Below are positions 22,284-35,628 of a DNA stretch of 37,396 bases, in pieces. The DNA comes from Octopus sinensis. Its lineage: Eukaryota. The notes below the pieces were generated by a model. That model was given only the letters and a program-made list of their open reading frames with translations. It was not told the DNA's origin and searched no databases. A program made the position numbers and the translations under genes. Each line of letters starts with the position of its first letter. The stretch's first letter is position 1. The stretch covers positions 1-37,396 of the forward strand of contig NW_021835149.1 in NCBI RefSeq assembly GCF_006345805.1. Direction: 5' to 3'.

Positions 22284-22456
22284 GGTAAGGGTGATTAGGT
22301 GATGGTCTAGGGCTTAGGGGCGGGAGACCCCAGACCGTGGGAAAAAAACTTTAGTCGTCTCGTTGTAGTCGAGGGCTCTTCGTTGACGCCCGTCACCACT
22401 GGGAGGTGGCCCTTGAAGTCACTGGAAATGGAGATCTCCAGGTCCAAATTCTTGGA
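22284..22456 (-). mobile_element. Short TSD-flanked retroposed fragment (probable LINE 3' end)
   Basis: GC-rich 173 bp between exact repeats CAACAAGATG (22274-22283 and 22457-22466). Strand and family are inferred only. Confidence 0.5.
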
Positions 22457-22524
22457 CAACAAGATGCTACCAAAGAGTTTTACATTAATCGTTTGTAACA
22501 TCAAAAGATTTAAACAATCGTATT

Positions 22525-22725
22525 TCTACATCATTTACATTATTTATATTATTTACATTTGACGGTGTCCTCATCTTGGTTGTTGCTAACACAACGTTTC
22601 GCCCTGATATACCCTCCAGCCTTCACCAGCCGAAACGTTGTGTTAACAACAAAGATGAGGGCACCATCAAATGTAAATAATGTAAATAATGTACATAATT
22701 CCTCATCTCTTAAATATAGAACTGT
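22525..22725. mobile_element. TSD-flanked fold-back Penelope-like element with degenerate hammerhead
   Basis: Exact 11-bp repeats ACAATCGTATT (22514-22524, 22726-22736). Inverted arms about 22527-22601 and 22631-22693. Minus strand CTGGTGA-AGGCTG-gagggtatat-CAGGGC-GAAAC-GTT-GTGTT. Confidence 0.7.
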
Positions 22726-23514
22726 ACAATCGTATTGTATAGTTCTTCAGCTGCGTGGTTTGGAGTTCAGTCCCACTGCGTGGCACCATGGGTAAATGTT
22801 TAATAGAACAGCCGCTGGGCGAACAGAGCTTTGAGAGTGAAATTTGTAGCAGTCGTTTATTTGTTTTTTTAGGGCTTTCAAGACTGATGCGAAGAGCACT
22901 TGAAGATATCTCCCGACCAAACACCTAGCGTGAATCCTTGTAAAGGATCCGAGTCTGGATCTTAAATGATGTAAGAGGTTACGTCTACCACCCAAGCGGA
23001 ACACCAACATTATCACTTGGCTAATTAGGAATGACAACTAAATTTCCCTCAAATCCCACCTTACAGTCATAATGAAAGAAAGTAGAAGAATGTTGTACTT
23101 CATATTGGGGTGTGGGGATCCCATATGTCACGTGACAACTCGGATCTACACCTGGAAAGTTTGGTTCCAGGGGGTAGATCTAAATAAGATCTTAATCTTT
23201 ACTGAAGGCTTGCAATTGTCCATGTATGAAAATGTCCCCATCTCTGCATCACTAATATTTTCAAGGCAGAAGTAAGGGCTAGTAAAGCTGATATTCGTAT
23301 CCTTGCAGACGTTGCCAAAATACCTGAAGAGGTAACCGAAGGTGCCCTCTCTAAACTTTTAGTAATTCTCCAATCGTACAACCTAGACTGGTACATTTTT
23401 TTAAATCGACTTTAGAATGCTGTCGTCCCTTGGATTTCTCCCTTGGTTCATGATTTCGACGAGGAAATCGTAGAAGATAAAACAAATGTCAAGTATTTTA
23501 GGGTGTTTGATGTA

Positions 23515-24058
23515 CGAGGGTGAGTCAAAAAGTAATGCCATTTTATTTAGGACAGGTATAATTACCAACACGTATCATACATCAAAATGAAGCTGGTCCT
23601 CTTTGGATCACATCCCTACTTCTCAACATAGTCACCATTTCTCTCAATAGCAATGTTCCACCTTCGAATGAGAGTATGTATCCCTGCCCCGTAAAATTCT
23701 GTTGGTTGTTCTTTGAGTCGCTTCTACACTACAGTTTTCACTTCTTCGTCATTAGACTATCATCATCTCTTCGGCCCCATGAAAGAAGGTCTGAGAGGCA
23801 AACATTATTCCAGTGACGAGGAAGTGAAAACTGTAGTGAAGAAGTGGCTCAAAGAACAGTCAACATAATTTTACGGGGCAGGAGTACACGCTCTCATTCG
23901 AAGGTGGAACATTGCTATTGAGAGAAACAGTGACTATGTTGAGGAGTAGGGATGTGATCCACAGAGGACCAGCTTCATTTTGATGTATGATACATGTTCC
24001 TGTGGTGGTAATTACACCTGTCCTAAACAAAATGGCATTACTTTTTGACTCACCCTTG
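23515..24058. mobile_element. Palindromic mariner derivative built from two inverted transposase 3' ends
   Basis: TA|CGAGGGTGAGTCAAAAAGTAATGCC ... GGCATTACTTTTTGACTCACCCTTG|TA with arms of about 240 bp. 23755-23949 reads DYHHLFGPMKEGLRGKHYSSDEEVKTVVKKWLKEQST*FYGAGVHALIRRWNIAIERNSDYVEE*, a mariner transposase C-terminus. Confidence 0.92.
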
Positions 24059-24965
24059 TACATATTAATTACAAGTGTAAAGTACTCCAGCATTGCCTTG
24101 CATGATAAAAATTGAGAGGGACGGGATCTAGATCTTACAACATATTACAGCATATCATTTATGAAATATTCCTGAAGTCCCCTATATGTTTAACAATAGC
24201 AACGTGTTGTTGCTGACGATCTTATGCGTATTTTCAAACATGACAAATATTTTAGCGCCACAGAAATTGGAAACAGAGAACTTAGAGACGAAATCTGGGA
24301 GACTCCATCGATTCGAACAAAGGCATTTGAATGTGTGAGCGCCTGTTTCTGTATACATGTATATGTGTGTGTGTGTTGTGCTCGCGCGCGCATAAAGAGT
24401 TGAAGTGTAAACATAAAAAAAACAGATCCATGGTAATTAAAAGCTCAATTAATAACAGGTCGTTAAACTCCAACAGGTTGTAACATGGCATTAAATCCAA
24501 GCGGGACCAATTTGCATGGATATACATTAAAGGATAAAAGGATCTCTAACAGCAACAGATTCAGAATACAAACAGACAAGCTTACATTTCACATGTGGTA
24601 CTGTGATACACGCGGACACACTCAGAGAGACATACGTTCAGCGATCCATCCATCCATTCATCCATACTTACACACACACACGTATATACATACATACACG
24701 CACACATGCATACATACATACATACATACATAAGTACATATATACATGTAGCCATCTCGCTCACACGCCACATGTAAGTTAAACTCTTCCCCCCCCCTCT
24801 CTCTCTATATATATAATATATATATGTGTGTGTTGTGTGTGCGTGTGTGTGTGTGCGTGTGTGTGTGTGTATATATAGATATATCTATCTATCTATCTAT
24901 CAGTCAGTCTTTCTATCTTCCTTTCTATTTCTCTCTCTCCCTCTCTCTCTCTCAGTGTGACTGTG

Positions 24966-25000
<35 letters not shown>

Positions 25001-25874
25001 GTCTTTCTGTCTGTCTGTCTTTCTATCTATCTATTTTCTTTCTATTTATCTCTGTATCTGTCAGTCTGTCTGTGTCCATTTATCTACTTATCTTATCTGA
25101 TTATCATATCTATCTTATCTATCTATCTGTCTATCTACCAACCTACCAACCTATCCTTCTGTTTGTCTGTCTGCTTACCTATTCATCTCCCTGTCTACTC
25201 TCATATCTCCTTCCACATCCATAAACCCTTTTATACATCCTCAATCTCTTACATCTATGACCTTTTAAAACTTTTATATCCCCAAACCTATCACGAAAAT
25301 TAAACCTCCCCACACCTCAATCTATCTCGTTTCCTTTTAATTCATTTTATTTTATTTCACCATTTTCCATTTCCATTTTAACCTTCCTATTAACAGCGTT
25401 ACTCAGTCTTCCTACTATGTTGCCTGAGATGCTCCAACACATTATACATACATACACACACACACAACACACACACATACATATATACATACACACACTC
25501 ATACATACATACGTACATACATACATGCATATACTCATGCATGCAATCTAAGTACATGCGTATATACACATATGTACATTCATGCATATACATACGTTTT
25601 TTCAAATACACATACATGAACGCATGCATGTATACATATATATGTACACATACATAGAGGCGCATACATACATATACACAAGCACGTGCACAAACACCTG
25701 CACATATATAATGTTATATATATTATATAACATTTATAATATATATATGTGATATATATATATATATTATATAATATATATATACATGTCTTCATACAAG
25801 CATTTATACATCCGTACACACATACATAACAAAATACATACATACGCACATGCATGCACACCACACACAACACA

Positions 25875-25929
<55 letters not shown>

Positions 25930-25951
25930 GAGATGTGGAACACGAGTTGTG

Positions 25952-26286
25952 ATATATAAAAAAGAAAATGAAGAAAATGCTGACAAAATTATTTAAGTAA
26001 GGGAGAGTGTATTTAATTAGGTGAAAGTTCTTTTTACCGGTTGCGCATTTGTTATACTTATCAAAAGATATTTTTTTAAGAGAGATAGGAGTTCCTTTCT
26101 GATAGATTTTTTTCTCTTATCTGATAAGAAAAAAAATCTATCAGAAAGGAACTCTATCTCTCTTAAAAATATATCTTTTGATAAGCATAACAAATGCGCA
26201 ACCGGTAAAAAGAACTTCACCTAATTAAAATACACTCTCCCTTACTTAAATTATTTTGTCAGCATTTCTTCATTTCCTTTATATAT
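25952..26286. repeat. Near-perfect 335-bp palindrome in (TA)n, probably Penelope-like terminal-repeat derived
   Basis: Centre TCTTATC-T-GATAAGA at 26122; arms match out to ATGAAGAAA(A)TGCTGACAAAAT / ATTTTGTCAGCATTTCTTCAT. Confidence 0.9.
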
Positions 26287-26296
26287 ATATATACAT

Positions 26297-26365
<69 letters not shown>

Positions 26366-26627
26366 GATGGGCTTCTTTCAGTTTCCGTCTGCCAATATTT
26401 ACTCATAAGTCTTTGGTAAACTCGAAGCTCAGGGAGGAGAAACTTAGACAAGGTTCACACACAGTGAACGAAACCCTGCACTTCCATATACACTCATCAT
26501 ACACAACGTACACACACATGCACACACACACATACACACACACATACACACACACATGCACAAATACACACACACATGCACACACATACACACATACACA
26601 AATACACACACACACACATAACACACA

Positions 26628-26661
<34 letters not shown>

Positions 26662-26662
26662 C

Positions 26663-26958
26663 GTGGAGGCGCAATGGCCCAGTGGTTAAGGCAGCGGACT
26701 CGTGGTCTTAGGATCGATTCCCATACCGGGCGTTTTGAGTGTTTATTGAGCGAAAACACCGTAAGCTCCACGAGGCTCCGGCAGGGCGGGGTGGTGACGA
26801 TCCCTGCTATACTCTTTCACCACAACTTTCTCTCACTCTTTCTTCTGTTGGCCTGCTCATTTGAAGCGTCATTTGAAGGCTAAAACAATGCGAACTGCAT
26901 TGTGACCAGCGATGTGCAGCGATATCTGATAGCCTGGTCGGTCACGTGATCACGTGAT
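26663..26958 (+). mobile_element. Family-C SINE, tail variant 2, in (TA)n
   Basis: Head GGAGGCGCAATGGCCCAGTGGTTAAGGCAGCGGACTCG; tail GAAGGCTAAAACAATGCG...GGTCACGTGATCACGTGA. Confidence 0.88.
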
Positions 26959-27532
26959 ATATATATATATATATAATAATATATATATAATATATATATA
27001 TAGATATATATATAAATGATAAGCTCTAAAAAGGCCAACTTCGTCATATTATTACGTTTTGTTAATTAGCTGAAATATTGAATGACTAAATCCTAGAACA
27101 GGTAGTTGAGTATTCGACAGACATGTGCAAACTTAACATATAATCTCAGACAGAATCGGTGTGACCCTGTAGAACATGACTGGTCCTTGGAATCACACCT
27201 GTCCTTGGAATCATACCTCAAAAGGCTTCGACGACACAACGGAAGTTACGTTTTATTATGTTTATACAAAACATCAGGCAGTGAAAGCGAACGCCCGGTT
27301 TTGGGGTTGTGAGACAAATTTATAAACATTGAACCATGCCCACATCTATTGCCATAATTTAGACAAGGATATGAAGAAGTGTATGTTACTTGTTCTGTTT
27401 TCCATTTGTTTCTCTCGTTGTTTATGTATTCAGCTCTTGTTTTCATTTTCCATATTATTTACAGATTTTCGCATTTCATGTTGTTTACGGTTTGTGACGT
27501 CTTGTACCCATATATGCGTATATGTGTGTGTG

Positions 27533-27574
<42 letters not shown>

Positions 27575-28502
27575 GACTTTTATTGCTTTTATTTATACCT
27601 CAGTCATCTAATGTATATATCTTTCGTTGACTTTGCATAGAAAGCCTTTTTTAGTTACAATGTGCATTTTCGTCTATTTTCCTTACTTTCCACTTACATT
27701 GCCACGTGTAGTTTCTATTTTCTTTTTGTAACATATTTCCATTATATATATATATATACATATATACATATATATTATTTATATTATATATATGTATGTA
27801 TGTGTATATAAATACATATATATGTATGCATGTATATTTATGTTACGTATGTAATATATATATGTGTGTGTGTGTGTGTGTAATATATATGTATATATGT
27901 AATATTTTGGACAAATGAGTACATGTCAATTGTTGTACTGATGTGTTAAGTAAAGCACTGGCACAGTTTGTGTTACCTGGTGTCATCCGCAGTTGAGGTG
28001 TATTTACTTCAGGAATACCTCGGTGTTAGTTGACATAATAAACATAGTAAGCAATATATGGAATTGGTATAACGTTTTCTTTTATGTATATCATTTTATG
28101 TATATTTTATGTATATCATTTTATGTATATTTTATGTATATTATTTTATGTATTCATATATATTACAGTAGTAACAGCGCCAAGCAGTGTTCAGCCATAA
28201 GCGAATTTCAAGTTAGTTAAAATATTTCAGTGACATATTTCAACATTTAAAAGCAAACTCAGTGTAGTTATCGTGGAGAAACAAAAATTCTCTCTTCTGG
28301 TAAAAAGATGTAAAAGCGCCATATCTCTCCAGTGCTGACCCCTCTCGGATTCCCAGACGCGTCTCTAGTTGAGCCCCTTGCACATTAATTTCACGAGTAT
28401 ATGAATATGTGTGTGTGTGTGTGTGTGTGTGTGTATAACTTTGATAACTTTGATAGGCTTCGGCTAGTATGGGCCCAGGTCATGTCTAACTTAATAGCAC
28501 TA

Positions 28503-28568
<66 letters not shown>

Positions 28569-28569
28569 T

Positions 28570-29719
<1,150 letters not shown>

Positions 29720-29786
29720 ATATATATATTGAGACCAGTAAGAAACAATATGAACTTTTTTATAACACTTAACTTTTTAAAATATT

Positions 29787-29832
29787 TTTTTGATAAGGTT
29801 CGTTTTTTGAAGAAGAACCGAAACATGTAAAA
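29787..29832 (+). ncRNA. Hammerhead-like motif with U3-A8 covariant core
   Basis: ttt-TTGATAA-GGTTC-gttttttgaagaa-GAACC-GAAAC-AT-GTA-aaa: perfect 5-bp stem II, palindromic stem III ACAUGU, GUA site, weak stem I. Lies in a short AT-rich segment between (TA)n tracts. Confidence 0.5.
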
Positions 29833-29894
29833 TTTCTAAGAAAATTAAAATTTATCTTATATAGTGGTGTATATATATATATTATATATATACG

Positions 29895-30218
29895 TGGCAC
29901 CCCGTCGCTTACGACGACGAGGGTTCCAGTTGATCCTATCAACGGAACAGCCTGCTCGTGAAATTAATGTGCAAGTGGCTCAGTATTCCACAGACATGTG
30001 TACCCTTAACATAGTTCTTGGGAAGATTCAGCGTGACACAGAGTGTGGAAAGGCTGACCCTTTGGAATACAGGTACAACAGAAACAGGGAGATAGAAGGA
30101 GAGAAAATTGTGGGGAAAGACTACAGCAGGGTTCGCCACTATCCCCAGCCGAAGCCTCGTGGAGATTTAGGTGTTTCCGGTCAATAAACACTCACAACGC
30201 CCGGTCTGGGGATCGACC
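29895..30218 (-). mobile_element. Family-C SINE, 5'-truncated, tail variant 3
   Basis: Minus strand CCCAGACCGGGCGTTGTGAGTGTTTATTGA...AACACCTAAA.CTCCACGAGGCT, then tail CACTTGCACATTAATTTCACGAG...GTCGTCGTAAGCGACGGGGTGCCAC. Tail fragments also at about 27090-27215 and 28375-28398. Confidence 0.85.
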
Positions 30219-30574
30219 ATGAGATATAAGAAGTCAGACATAGTCTTAATTGAGAAAGGAAACAAACTACGCTGGATCAAAGATATAGCATGCCCAGCTG
30301 CCACAAGGTATGCGATAATGAAGAAAGAAAAGTCGATAGATACGAAGGGTTAGATGGTAGGTTAAGCAGTTGCGGTCGATGAAGAAAGTAGTAGTAGTAC
30401 CAATAATTGTCGGAGCCCTGGGAACAGTGAGCAAAAATCTCGAGAAGTACGTGGAACACTTGAAGAAAAGAGCACTGCTTGGAACCGCTCGAATACTCCG
30501 GAAGGTGCTCGAAAAATAAGAGATGTTACCTTCGTTTACTTGTAGTGAACAGCTGACACTGTAGTACATCATCA

Positions 30575-30631
<57 letters not shown>

Positions 30632-30958
30632 TATCGATAGATATGACATGTTTGCTTGGGAGGTTAAGCAGTTGTAGTCGATGAAAAAGGTGGAGGTAGT
30701 ACCAATAATTGTCGGATCCCTGGGAACAGTGAGTAAAAATTTTCAGAAGTATATGGAACAAATAGGGGGGGTTGCAATAAGGGTGAAGCACTTGCAGAAA
30801 ACAGCGTTCCTTTGAACCGGTCGAATATTCTGGATGGTGCTCGGAAAATTAGAGGTGTTACCTTTGTTCACTGGTAGTGAACAGCTGACACCGTAGTACA
30901 TCTCCAGTGATAGAAGCAAAGACAATAATAACAATTATAATAATAATATTAATAATAA
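30219..30958 (+). mobile_element. Two tandem R4/Dong 3'-end fragments separated by (TAT)n and ending in (TAA)n
   Basis: KSDIVLIEKGNKLRWIKDIACP (REL PD...D motif region), VVVVPIIVGALGTVSKNLEKY, ALLGTARILRKVLEK*. 30635-30902 repeats about 30335-30570. Confidence 0.8.
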
Positions 30959-31019
30959 CTGCCGACAAGTGATATAATCACTGCTCTGAGGCTGTATCTG
31001 AGCGAGAAAATATAACAAC

Positions 31020-31420
31020 TGCTTGTGATAGGTAAATGTGGCAAGGATGGCACGTATGAATGACGAAGCCACCTTGAGCATAATCCTATGAACCCGGGAA
31101 ATTTTAAAACAGAGGGTTACCTACTTGCAAATGAATGTGGTAACATGTAACATTATTGACCGAGGTTACTGTGGTCTTTTCCGTAGGTTTTTCTTTCCAC
31201 GGATAAGCCTTATCTGCTTCCCCCTTTACACTTTACATCATGATCGTTTTTTTCCTTTTTCTTTTCTTCTTTTCCTTTTTTCTTTCCCTTCTTTTTCTTT
31301 CCCTTTTACGATCCTTTTGATCGAAAACCTACCCCACTTTCTTTTTCTTCCCCAAAAGAAAAGCTCTTCTTTGTAATCTGTTCCGTCTGTGTGCAGCCCT
31401 GTGTGGCTAATAAAGAAAGA
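31020..31420 (+). mobile_element. Tx1-like LINE extreme 3' end with pyrimidine-rich UTR and AATAAA
   Basis: NVARMARMNDEATLSIIL* parallels TAAKMARVDDTSLSVDL* at about 475-528; ends GTGTGGCTAATAAAGAAAG. Confidence 0.6.
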
Positions 31421-31887
31421 CATTACATGTAGACTGAACTATCAAAGTTAATAAATCGGACATTGTTATTAAAGATCAAAACTATTGAGTTTGTTTATTG
31501 ATCGACATGAGCATTCCTTGTGATAATAATATCTGTGAATAAAAGAATTTCGCAAACCTACAAAATATAAAGATTTACTCATTCGAATTGAGAAAATGTG
31601 GCGATTAAAACAGTATCTGGAAATTATTTGAGAAAAATCCCTGATTTACCATTCCTGTAAGAAATGGAAAAGATTGTTTTGACTGGTATGTCACATATAC
31701 AGAAGAGCGTTGTCGAGTACCACCCTTGTATTTCTCCTTTTTTTTTCACGTAACTTCATTTCCTTTGGAAAATGGACAATCAGTCGTGGTTAGTTTAATG
31801 GCTTATCAATGTTTATAGTGAGTTTCTTTGCTGAAGGTATCGGGAAGACACTCGGCAAGAAATAGAAGCAAAACTGAAACAAAACGG

Positions 31888-32072
31888 TAATAATAATAAT
31901 AATAATAATGATAATAATAATAATAATAATAATAATGATAATAATAATAATAACGATGATGATGATGATAATGATGATTCTTTTTCTCCTACTCCTCCTC
32001 CTCCTCCTCCTCCTCCTCCTCCTTATTAATATTATTATTATTAGTATTATTGTTATTATTATTATTATTATA

Positions 32073-32126
<54 letters not shown>

Positions 32127-32140
32127 GTTATTATTATTAT
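31888..32140. repeat. (AAT)n-(GAT)n-(CCT)n-(TAT)n compound microsatellite
   Basis: Directly visible; the AAT and TAT arms are mutually complementary. Confidence 0.95.
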
Positions 32141-32275
32141 AGGCACAAAACCTGAAATTTTGGGGCAGGGGCCTAATCGATTAGATCGACCTCAATACAT
32201 GAACGGTACTTTGTTTTTATCGCTGTTGACTAGATGAACTGCAAAGTCGACCACGTCGGTATTTAAAACTCAAAA
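32141..32275 (-). mobile_element. Family-A SINE 3' part
   Basis: AGGCACAAAACCTGAAATTTTGGGG...GATCGACC...GCAAAGTCGACC matches 5755-5875. Confidence 0.7.
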
Positions 32276-32565
32276 GACAAGAGACATAAGAATTATTCCT
32301 TTACCGTGTCCAGTGAGGATATAAAAAAAAGAAAAGAAAAGAAGTATATGGACAACAGCAACAGCAACAACAACAGTATCAAAAGTAAAAAAAACAACAG
32401 CGATAACAACAACAACAACAACAACAACAACAACCGCGACGAAATTGTTCAACTTAATTTATTCACACTGAATTTGATAAAAACGACATAGAAGATTCCT
32501 TATATCATTTCATATATGTACGTATGTATATACACACCCATACGCATGCAAATATACACACACAT

Positions 32566-32597
<32 letters not shown>

Positions 32598-32674
32598 TAT
32601 ATCATACATACATATATATACATATATGCATACATATATATGTAAAACATATATATATATAACATATGCACACA

Positions 32675-32715
<41 letters not shown>

Positions 32716-33606
32716 ATACCATATATATACATACATATTCCTATATGTGTAGCTGTGTCTCAACATATATGTTATATATATATATTTATATATATTTATA
32801 TATAATATATATGTATGATATAGATATATAGATTATATATATTTATATATATATTATGTATGTAGATATATATATATTATGTATATGTGGTATTATATAT
32901 ATACATTATAACCAAATATATATATATAATTATATATATATATATATATACAAATATATATGTGTATATGTATGTATGTATATTGAAGAAGTTTTAAAAT
33001 GGAGAAAATATTTGCCAGACAATGAGCTTTAAATGGGAGCGGAATAAAGATTTAAAAAAAACCCAAAGACATAGCATTCGGCGTTTCAGTTCATTGAACA
33101 GCTCCGTCTACAGAAACGGTAAAATCAAATGTTTGTATTCTTTTATTGAGCGGGATTTCGCTGGCCACACACCGTTCCAGCACACATCTACCTTAGACAC
33201 ACAACAAGATTAACTTCAAAAATCAATTTGGGGACTTAAGGGCTTACTTTTTCACAAAACCCCTACGAAAAACAAAATGAAAATGAAGGACATTTGAGGG
33301 TTTGAGTTTTTTTTAAATAATTACATTCTTTTTTCTTTCTGTTCAATCAAATATATTTCCGTTTCCGTTTAACTTATAGTCACTTCCGTTGCAGTTTCAC
33401 AGAGAATGGATGTATGTAAACGAATACTTTTGTGTATATAAATACTCATTGTATATATACATTTAGTTGTGTACAGATGTATATGTCTGTTGTGTGTGTA
33501 TGTTAATGCAGGTGACTTTTCCTGTATCTGTTCATTTACACACATACACACGCAAATATACACACACACGCATACCATCACATGACTCTCTAACTTCTGT
33601 GTGGTG

Positions 33607-33650
<44 letters not shown>

Positions 33651-34027
33651 CACACACAAATGAGTATTACTGTTTATGTGTATGTGTGTGTGGACGTGTA
33701 ACTGTAGTTGGATATGTGTGCGTGTGTGCGTGTGTGTGTGTGTGTGCAATTATGTTCGCATGTATATTTAGAAGTATATTTGTGGCAGTTTTCGTGTTTA
33801 TATTTCATGAAAACAGAAACAAAAACAAAAAAAAAGCGTTGGTCTCTTTAAACTGCCTTGAGCAAGTCTCTTATCTTGCATATATATATACAGATATATA
33901 TATAATTATATAACTGGGCATTATGTTACCGTAGGTTTCGCAGCGGCATTTTTCTTCTTTTCTTTGCATCATTATATATTAATACTATTGACATAGTTAG
34001 TTCCACATTCCTGTATTACATCATGCG

Positions 34028-34076
<49 letters not shown>

Positions 34077-34690
34077 TATATATATTATGCATGCGATATA
34101 TATATCTTCCATAGTGCGTCATGTATATTTCCCTTTTGTACGAAACAGAAAGTTTTAATAACAAGAATATATCGGTTTATTTACAGAATTCTTCTCCTTG
34201 AATGTTTTTTTCATTGTTTACTTGTAGTTTTTCATTGTCTTATTTTTGTTATTTCATATATTCTTGTCCTGTTGTGTTATGCTTTTATTTTTCTTCATTT
34301 TTATATATGTATTATATTTTTTGTTCCGTTTGCAGTCATTTTTTTCTTCTTCTTCTTCTGCTGCAAAATAACCATTAAACAATGACAGAATGAATATTTG
34401 TGATTCTGTCATTTTTCGCGTTTTCATTTTTTTTTTTTAGTTTTTCTTTTTCTCATCGTTGGCAAAAAAAAAAATGAAATTGCCACGTGTAACCAGAGTT
34501 TGATTAGGGTTTGATTTATCGATTTCAAATGTCTCAGAATAAACAGAATAGAATTGTCTTCAAGAACAGAAACCTGAAGGAAAAAATTACAGATGGATTT
34601 CTCTTCCATAACACCTGTAAATGTGAATATTATGTATTGTATGCGTATATATACATTCACACATACATACATACATGCATATATAATAGA

Positions 34691-34767
<77 letters not shown>

Positions 34768-34916
34768 CATATATATATATACGTATATATACATATAATA
34801 TGTATGTATATGAATACTCTATACAAAGTTAAAATATTGAAATGTTTTAATAAATACACCTTATCCTGTGACTATTCACAACTTAAGTTTAAAGTGTACA
34901 TATATACACATATATA

Positions 34917-34997
<81 letters not shown>

Positions 34998-35379
34998 TAA
35001 ACATATGCATGCGTATGTATGCATATATATTATATGTATGTATCGCTCTCCAAATTTGAGTCTATGTATGTGCATGAATATGTATATATGTATATGTATG
35101 TATATATATATATATGTATGTATATATGTATGTATATATGTGTGTGTATATATACATATACATATACTGACAGATGTACATAGTTATATGTATATGCATA
35201 TGAATATTTACATATATATGCCTCATTTTTTAGCATTAGGTCCATATTTGCCTGAAAATTATTTTGTGTGTGTTCGTGTCGTGAATATTATGCATATATA
35301 TAAATATATATGTACATATATATACATATATGTATATGTCCATATATTATATATATATATATATTATATATATATATAT

Positions 35380-35410
<31 letters not shown>

Positions 35411-35490
35411 GTATAATACTGTATATATATATATACTGTATATAAATATATATATATATATATGTTTAAATGTATACGTGTATACGTTCT

Positions 35491-35628
35491 TCATTTGAAG
35501 TGCTTGCGGTCCATGCTCTTAAATTCTTCATCTTGGAATTGGCCCTGGACCATCCTTGTAGTTGCATTCGCCGCAGAATCGTGGTGCCAACATCTTGCAG
35601 GAGAAACTATGGAGAGCATCGTGTGCCT
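35491..35628 (-). CDS. Candidate terminal coding exon of an unidentified host gene
   Basis: Strong acceptor CTCTCATTTTTTTCTTTCACAG| followed by about 140 nt of balanced-GC non-repetitive sequence. Two open frames: [45 protein letters not shown] (stop 35491-35493) or [33 protein letters not shown] (stop 35528-35530). Protein not recognised. Confidence 0.55.
   Translation of the reverse strand, partial: RHTMLSIVSPARCWHHDSAANATTRMVQGQFQDEEFKSMDRKHFK

Noticed and set aside
23324-23350. CTGAAGA-GGTAACC-GAAG hammerhead-like string
   Set aside because: GAAG instead of GAAA, no proper stem III or stem I, and it lies in a probable coding relic.
34804-35445. 213-aa Tyr/Ile-rich ORF and the many similar YI/VC/HT ORFs in the track
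   Set aside because: Translations of (TA)n, (TG)n and (CA)n tracts.
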